A DNA stretch of 32,000 bases from Gemmataceae bacterium (GTDB lineage Bacteria > Planctomycetota > Planctomycetia > Gemmatales > Gemmataceae), in the NCBI GenBank assembly GCA_036557825.1, contig DATBGU010000075.1:34867-66866 (forward strand), written 5' to 3'. The notes beneath the pieces were generated by a model. That model did no database searches. It saw only the letters and a list, made by a program, of their open reading frames with translations, and was not told the DNA's origin. How positions within the stretch are numbered: the first letter of the stretch is position 1; each line of letters begins with the position of its first letter. Both the position numbers and the translations under genes were made by a program. This document shows, piece after piece, positions 27,177 to 32,000 of the stretch.

Positions 27177-28424
27177 CTACTTCGGCGAGGGAACCGGCTC
27201 GACTGTCGAATCTTCCGGCAAGTCGTCGCCCGGACGAACGACAACGGTCTCGCCATACTTCAGTCCGGCGACAACCTCAACCTCGGCGCCGTAGTCGCGA
27301 CCCAGTTGCACGGGGCGATAGTGTATCTTCCGCCGATCATCCAGCACGCCCACCTTCGGCCCCTTGGTGCGCGTCACAACCGCGGCGGAGGGGACCAGGA
27401 TCGGCGCCGTCTTCTGATTGAACGTGAACTTCACTTGCAGATACATACCGGGCCGCAGAGCGTTGTCCGGATTTTCCACCTGCACCTCGGTCCGCAGTGT
27501 GCGCGTGGCGGAGTCCAGAGCATCGGCCGTGCGCGTCACCGTGCCGGTGAAGGGACGGTCCGGTTCCTCCCGTCGATAAACGACCGCGTACTGGCTGCGG
27601 TGGATCGTCGTGGCGAAGACCTGCGGCACGTCCACGAACACGCGCAGGATGTCGGTCCTCATCAGGCGGAACATCTGCCGCCCCGTGCTGGGACTGTCGG
27701 CGGTAATCAGGTCGCCCGGATCGATGTTTCGGGCGGTGATGACCCCGGCAAACGGGGCGATCACCTTCTCGAACGACTGCAAGGTGGACAGCCGCAGAAT
27801 GTCGGCCTCATTGACCTTGATGGTTGCCGCGGTGGCTTGGACTGTCGCTGTGGCCACACGAGAGCTGGCCAGTTTGCTCTCGTACTCCTCCTGGGACGCG
27901 GCGCCGGTGCGCACCATCTGACGATAGCGGTTCTCCTCAGAGCGGGCGAAGACCTCGTCCGCCTTGTTGCGCACGAGGTTGGCCTTGGTTTGAAGCAGGG
28001 TGGCACGGGCCTGCTCCAGCTGAGCGTCCACCTCCGGGGTGGCGATCTCGGCCAGCAGTTCGCCCTCCTGCACGCGATCACCGATATCGACGAGTCGGCG
28101 TTTCACGTAGCCGGTGGTGCGTGCGTAGATCGCCGCTTCGAGCAGAGGCAGGGTGTTGCCGGGCAGGACGCGCGCGGCGTCGGCCGAGGCCCGTCGCGCC
28201 GTGGCGACGGTGACGCGCGCCGGGCGAGCCACTATCTCCGCAGTCGCTGTATCCAGTTCCCGCATTTGCCGCAGGCGCGGCAACGTGCCGGCGACCAGCG
28301 CTCCCGCCAGGCCAACGACGGTCAGGGCGGCGAGTGCCAGGACGCGCATTCCGGTCCCCGTTCGCCTGGGGATGGCGGCCTCCGTGTGGGGCGGGGTCGG
28401 GCAGCATCCGTTTCGCTCCGCCAT
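27177..28424 (-). CDS. RND efflux periplasmic adaptor (membrane fusion protein)
   Basis: ARTTGYVKRRLVDIGDRVQEGELLAEIATPEVDAQLEQARATL, GVITARNIDPGDLI, VLDDRRKIHYRPVQLGRDYGAEVEVVAGLKYGETVVV. Alternative start at 28454. Confidence 0.9.
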   Translation of the reverse strand: MAERNGCCPTPPHTEAAIPRRTGTGMRVLALAALTVVGLAGALVAGTLPRLRQMRELDTATAEIVARPARVTVATARRASADAARVLPGNTLPLLEAAIYARTTGYVKRRLVDIGDRVQEGELLAEIATPEVDAQLEQARATLLQTKANLVRNKADEVFARSEENRYRQMVRTGAASQEEYESKLASSRVATATVQATAATIKVNEADILRLSTLQSFEKVIAPFAGVITARNIDPGDLITADSPSTGRQMFRLMRTDILRVFVDVPQVFATTIHRSQYAVVYRREEPDRPFTGTVTRTADALDSATRTLRTEVQVENPDNALRPGMYLQVKFTFNQKTAPILVPSAAVVTRTKGPKVGVLDDRRKIHYRPVQLGRDYGAEVEVVAGLKYGETVVVRPGDDLPEDSTVEPVPSPK

Positions 28425-28468
28425 GATTCGTTCGGTTGATGTCCGGTTATTCACGATCGTTCCTCCCG

Positions 28469-28515
28469 TAGGTCAGGCTTTCCAGCCTGACAGTCAGGCT
28501 GGAAAGCCTGACCTA
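28469..28515. repeat. REP-like palindromic hairpin, family B ('VGQAFQPD-QAGKPD' repeat)
   Basis: Perfect 23-bp arms TAGGTCAGGCTTTCCAGCCTGAC / GTCAGGCTGGAAAGCCTGACCTA with 1-nt spacer, between the RND permease and adaptor genes. Confidence 0.93.
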
Positions 28516-28517
28516 CA

Positions 28518-31500
28518 TCAAAGAGATTCCCTCGCCGGCTCAGCGTCGTCGGAAGGCTCCGGCGGCAGGTTCTTTCGGCGGAGCAGACTATACATCACGG
28601 GCACGAAGAACAGGGTGAAGAAGGTGGCTAGCAGCAGGCCGCCGATGACGGCCCGACCCAGCGGGGCATTCTGCTCGCCGCCCTCACCCAGTCCCAGCGA
28701 CATCGGCAACATGCCGATAATCATCGCCAGCGCCGTCATCAGCACCGGCCGCAGACGGGTCGCCCCGGCGGACAGCGCGGCGCTGCGGACGTCGTGACCG
28801 TCGCGGCGCTGGTCGTTGGCGAAGGTAATCATCAAAACGCTGTTGGACGTGGCCACGCCGATGCACATGATCGCTCCCATGAGGGCCGGCACGCTGATCG
28901 TCGTCTGGGTCACGTACAGCATCCACAGGATGCCGGCCAGCGCACCGGGCAGCGCGGTGAGAATGATGAACGGGTCGAGCCACGACTGGAAGTTGACCAC
29001 CATCAGGAAGTAAACCAATAGCACCGCGAACACCAGGCCCGCTCCCAGTCCGGTGAACGAGCTGTTCATGCTTTCCACCTGACCGCGCATGGCGATGGTG
29101 CTGCCGCGCGGCAGGTCCGGCCGCAGGGAGTCCACGACGCGCTGCACGTCGGCCGACACGCCGCCCAGATCGCGGCCCTGCACGTCGGCGTAGACCTCGA
29201 AGACCGGCTGGACGTTGTAATGGCTCACGACCGATTCCGAGACGGTGCGTTGCAGTTTCGTCAAGTTGCTCAAGAGTTGCGGCGGTTGGGTCTGGCTCGT
29301 GCCGTTGATGATCGGCGTGTTCATCAGGCTCTCCACGGAGTCGATGCGTTCGGGCGGGGTCTGCACGGCCAGCACGTAATTGACGCGGTTGTCGGGGTTG
29401 ACCCAGTAGTTCGGCGTTACCTGGCTGGTCGAGCTGAGCGACACCAGTACGCTGCCGGTCACGTTCTGCTGGGTCAGCCCTAGCTGCGAGGCCATGATGC
29501 GGTCCACGTCCAGGCGCAGCGTGGGCTGATCGGCGATCTGGTGAATGTGGACGTCGGCGATCCCGGGTATTTTCTTCATCTCCCGTCGCAGTTTTTGGGC
29601 CACGGCGAGGTTGCCTTCGCGGTTGACGCCGACCACCTGGACGTTGATCGGGGCCGGCAGACCGAAGTCGAGAATCTGGCTGGTGATGTCGGCCGGCTGG
29701 AAGAAGAACGCGCAGTTGGGGAAGCGCCGCGGCAACTCCTGACGCAGCAGGGCCACGTAATCCGCCGTGGGACGGTGCTTCTCCTTCAGCGAAACCAGGA
29801 TTTCGCCGTCGCCGTTGGTAACGGTGCCGTTGTCGATGTAGGCCCGCACAGTGAACGACGGCGACATGCCCATGTTGTCGAGGATCATGTCTCGCTCACT
29901 GTCCGGCACGATTTCACGGATCGCGTCCTCGACCTCACCCAAGATCCGTTCAGTTTCCTCGATGCGTGTGCCGGACGGCGCCCGTACGTGCAGACGGAAC
30001 TGGCCGGCATCGACGCTGGGGAAGAAGTCGCGGCCGACGCGCGGCGCCAGCGCCAGCGAACCGAAGGCGAAACCCAGCAAGACAGCCACCGTCACGAAAC
30101 GATGATCGAGTGCCCAGCCGAGCAACCCCTGATAGACCGAACGCAGGCGCTCGAACAGGCGGTTGAACGCCTGATGAAATCGCCAGATCGGCCCGCCGCC
30201 GGACGCCGCGCCGTGTTCGCCCTCGGCGTACAGATGCACTTCCTTCGGCAGTAGATAGAGCACCATCGTGGGCACCAGGGTGCGGGAGAGTAGATACGAG
30301 GCAAGCATGGCGAAGACCACCGCCAGGGCCAGGGGTAGAAACAGAGACGCGGCCGGCCCGGTCAGGAACATCACGGGCACGAACACGATGCAGATGGCGA
30401 GCGTCGAGACGAACGCCGGCACCGCGATCTGGGCGGCGCCGTCGAGGATCGCCCGCCGGATCGGCTTCTTCATGCTCAGATTGCGGTGGATGTTTTCAAT
30501 TTCCACGGTCGCGTCATCGACGAGGATGCCGACCGCCAGCGCCATGCCGCCGAGCGTCATGCTGTTGAGAGACTGGCCCATCGCCCACAGGACAATCACC
30601 GAAGTGAGGATCGACAGTGGGATCGAAATGGCGACGATCAACGTGCTGCGCCACGAGCCGAGGAACAGGAGGATCATCAACGCCGTCAGCCCGGCGGCGA
30701 TCGCTCCTTCTTTCAGAACGCCCTCGACGGCGGCGCGGACGAACACGGACTGATCGAAGAGAAACTCCATCTTCAATTCTGGCGGCAGCTGGGCCTGGAT
30801 GCCGGGCAGGGCTTCGCGGACGCGCTTGACCACGCTCAGCGTCGAAGCGCCCTCGCCCTTGAGGATGGTCATGAGGATGGCTCGCCGGCCGTCGCGGCGG
30901 ACGACGTTGGTTTGCACCATGTAGCCCATTCGGACGTGGGCCACGTCCTTGACGTAGACCGGCACGCCGTTGACCGTCTTGACGGGAATGTCGTTGAAGG
31001 CGGCGATGACATCGGGACTACTGTTGAGTTTCACATAATACTCGGTGTCGCCGATCTTGGCGGTCCCGGCTGGGATGATGAGGTTCTGACTGTTGATGGC
31101 CGTCTGAACGTCCTGTGGCGACAGGCCGCGCGCGTACAGTTCACCGAGGTCGAGATCGACCATGACCTGCGGCCATTTGCCGCCCCACGGCTGCGGCACA
31201 CGGGCGCCCTGGACTGTGCCGAGGCGCTGGATGATGAAGTTGGAGGCGTAGTCGTAGATCTGCTGCTCGGTAAGGGTGTCGCTGCTGACGGCGATTTGCA
31301 CAATGGGCACACTGGTGGCGCTGTACTGGACGATGTAAGGAGGATTAATGCCCGGCGGCATGATCTTCAGGATCGCCTGACTGGTCGCCGTCACCTGCGC
31401 GACGGCCGCCTCGATCTTGGCCCCTGGGTAGAAGTAGATGCGAATGATACCGACGCCGAACAGCGACTGGCTCTCGATGTGTTCGATGTCGTTGACGGAG

Positions 31501-31718
31501 GTCGTCAGCACGCGCTCGTTGGGCAGGATGATGCGCTGCTCGATCTCGTCGCCGGGCATCCCGGTGTATTGCCAGACGACGCTGACGACGGGAATGTTGA
31601 TCTCGGGGAAAATGTCGGTGGACATGCGATAGATGCTGACCGCGCCGAACACGCCGATCAGCAGTGCCATCACCACGAACGTATAGGTGCGGCGCAGGGC
31701 CAATCTAACGATCCACAT
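28518..31718 (-). CDS. RND-family efflux transporter permease
   Basis: FPEINIPVVSVVWQYTGMPGDEIEQRI, GGMALAVGILVDDATVEIENIHRN, two duplicated TM blocks, C-terminal GPLGRAVIGGLLLATFFTLFFVPVMYSLL-like sequence (NAPLGRAVIGGLLLATFFTLFFVPVMYSLL). Confidence 0.95.
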   Translation of the reverse strand: MWIVRLALRRTYTFVVMALLIGVFGAVSIYRMSTDIFPEINIPVVSVVWQYTGMPGDEIEQRIILPNERVLTTSVNDIEHIESQSLFGVGIIRIYFYPGAKIEAAVAQVTATSQAILKIMPPGINPPYIVQYSATSVPIVQIAVSSDTLTEQQIYDYASNFIIQRLGTVQGARVPQPWGGKWPQVMVDLDLGELYARGLSPQDVQTAINSQNLIIPAGTAKIGDTEYYVKLNSSPDVIAAFNDIPVKTVNGVPVYVKDVAHVRMGYMVQTNVVRRDGRRAILMTILKGEGASTLSVVKRVREALPGIQAQLPPELKMEFLFDQSVFVRAAVEGVLKEGAIAAGLTALMILLFLGSWRSTLIVAISIPLSILTSVIVLWAMGQSLNSMTLGGMALAVGILVDDATVEIENIHRNLSMKKPIRRAILDGAAQIAVPAFVSTLAICIVFVPVMFLTGPAASLFLPLALAVVFAMLASYLLSRTLVPTMVLYLLPKEVHLYAEGEHGAASGGGPIWRFHQAFNRLFERLRSVYQGLLGWALDHRFVTVAVLLGFAFGSLALAPRVGRDFFPSVDAGQFRLHVRAPSGTRIEETERILGEVEDAIREIVPDSERDMILDNMGMSPSFTVRAYIDNGTVTNGDGEILVSLKEKHRPTADYVALLRQELPRRFPNCAFFFQPADITSQILDFGLPAPINVQVVGVNREGNLAVAQKLRREMKKIPGIADVHIHQIADQPTLRLDVDRIMASQLGLTQQNVTGSVLVSLSSTSQVTPNYWVNPDNRVNYVLAVQTPPERIDSVESLMNTPIINGTSQTQPPQLLSNLTKLQRTVSESVVSHYNVQPVFEVYADVQGRDLGGVSADVQRVVDSLRPDLPRGSTIAMRGQVESMNSSFTGLGAGLVFAVLLVYFLMVVNFQSWLDPFIILTALPGALAGILWMLYVTQTTISVPALMGAIMCIGVATSNSVLMITFANDQRRDGHDVRSAALSAGATRLRPVLMTALAMIIGMLPMSLGLGEGGEQNAPLGRAVIGGLLLATFFTLFFVPVMYSLLRRKNLPPEPSDDAEPARESL

Positions 31719-32000
31719 GCTTCAGTCCTCCGATCATGCCGCTGTTCGGACGCGGCAAGAGAAAGCAAGGAGTGTTCCAAACTCGACCATTGGAGAGAGG
31801 ACAGCGCAAGTCATTTGGAGTTCAGCAATTAAAAGTTTACGCCGGCAAGAATGAAAGGCGGTTGCGGAGGAAGTGTCGAACGAAGGGTGTCGAAATGTCA
31901 GCGCGCGTCGAGCCATCGACGGCGGTTTCGGCGGAGTCAGGAGACCTGAACCGAGCGCGGTCGTCGCCGGTCACGGTGGGGCCAAGGCTGCCATCTGGCC

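Noticed and set aside
27144-28797. Plus-strand ORFs 27144..28439 and 28153..28797
   Set aside because: Antisense to the RND adaptor/permease; the second only contains 'VGQAFQPDSQAGKPD' from the palindromic repeat.
30486-31832. 448-aa plus-strand ORF
   Set aside because: Antisense to the RND permease, His/Asp-rich shadow translation.
1-32000. CRISPR array, transposase, phage, tRNA or rRNA genes
   Set aside because: No regularly spaced direct repeats and no recognisable transposase, integrase, tRNA or rRNA signatures were seen by eye.
31719-32000. 60-aa minus-strand ORF (31734..31916) at the window end
   Set aside because: Very short, low-information translation; probably intergenic or the edge of an off-window gene.

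Overview
This 32 kb window is GC-rich bacterial chromosome with strong planctomycete character: LEPLEDRCLPS-type N-terminal motif, CRTAC1/UnbV protein, kinase-DUF1559 fusion, and hairpin repeats that translate as 'SPKRQRG' and 'VGQAFQPD-QAGKPD'. Strongest observation: two ORFs called separately on the minus strand (4388..3624 and 3596..3210) are one continuous 392-codon frame interrupted only by an in-frame TGA at 3626-3624. The joined protein reads ...KKPVVLIFGSFT-U-GPYRSQFGALEELKRRYGDRVQFLGVYVREAHPIDGW..., an iodothyronine-deiodinase-like thioredoxin-fold protein with the TGA exactly at the catalytic Sec position. A perfect 6-bp stem / 5-nt loop (GGUCCC-AGUUU-GGGGCC) follows, with its loop G 18 nt after the UGA, matching bacterial SECIS rules. 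Its N-terminus has a signal peptide and three EF-hand loops. Second observation: a compact, apparently lower-GC, minus-strand operon (about 24.95 to 15.8 kb) encodes a GMC oxidoreductase, phosphatidylserine-decarboxylase-like enzyme, NAD-domain/FAD-oxidoreductase fusion, class III aminotransferase with a degenerate N-terminal aminotransferase half, small membrane protein, methyltransferase and GT4 glycosyltransferase. It is divergent from an LpxH-like phosphoesterase, and the set looks like an uncharacterised lipid or small-molecule pathway. Also present: a five-CxxCH membrane multiheme cytochrome/TPR protein next to a CRTAC1-like protein, a dual-thioredoxin-domain protein, an RND efflux permease and adaptor, an SGNH hydrolase, an alpha/beta-hydrolase-like pseudoenzyme, and a probable DUF1501 C-terminal relic. 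No tRNA, rRNA, CRISPR array or transposase was recognised.
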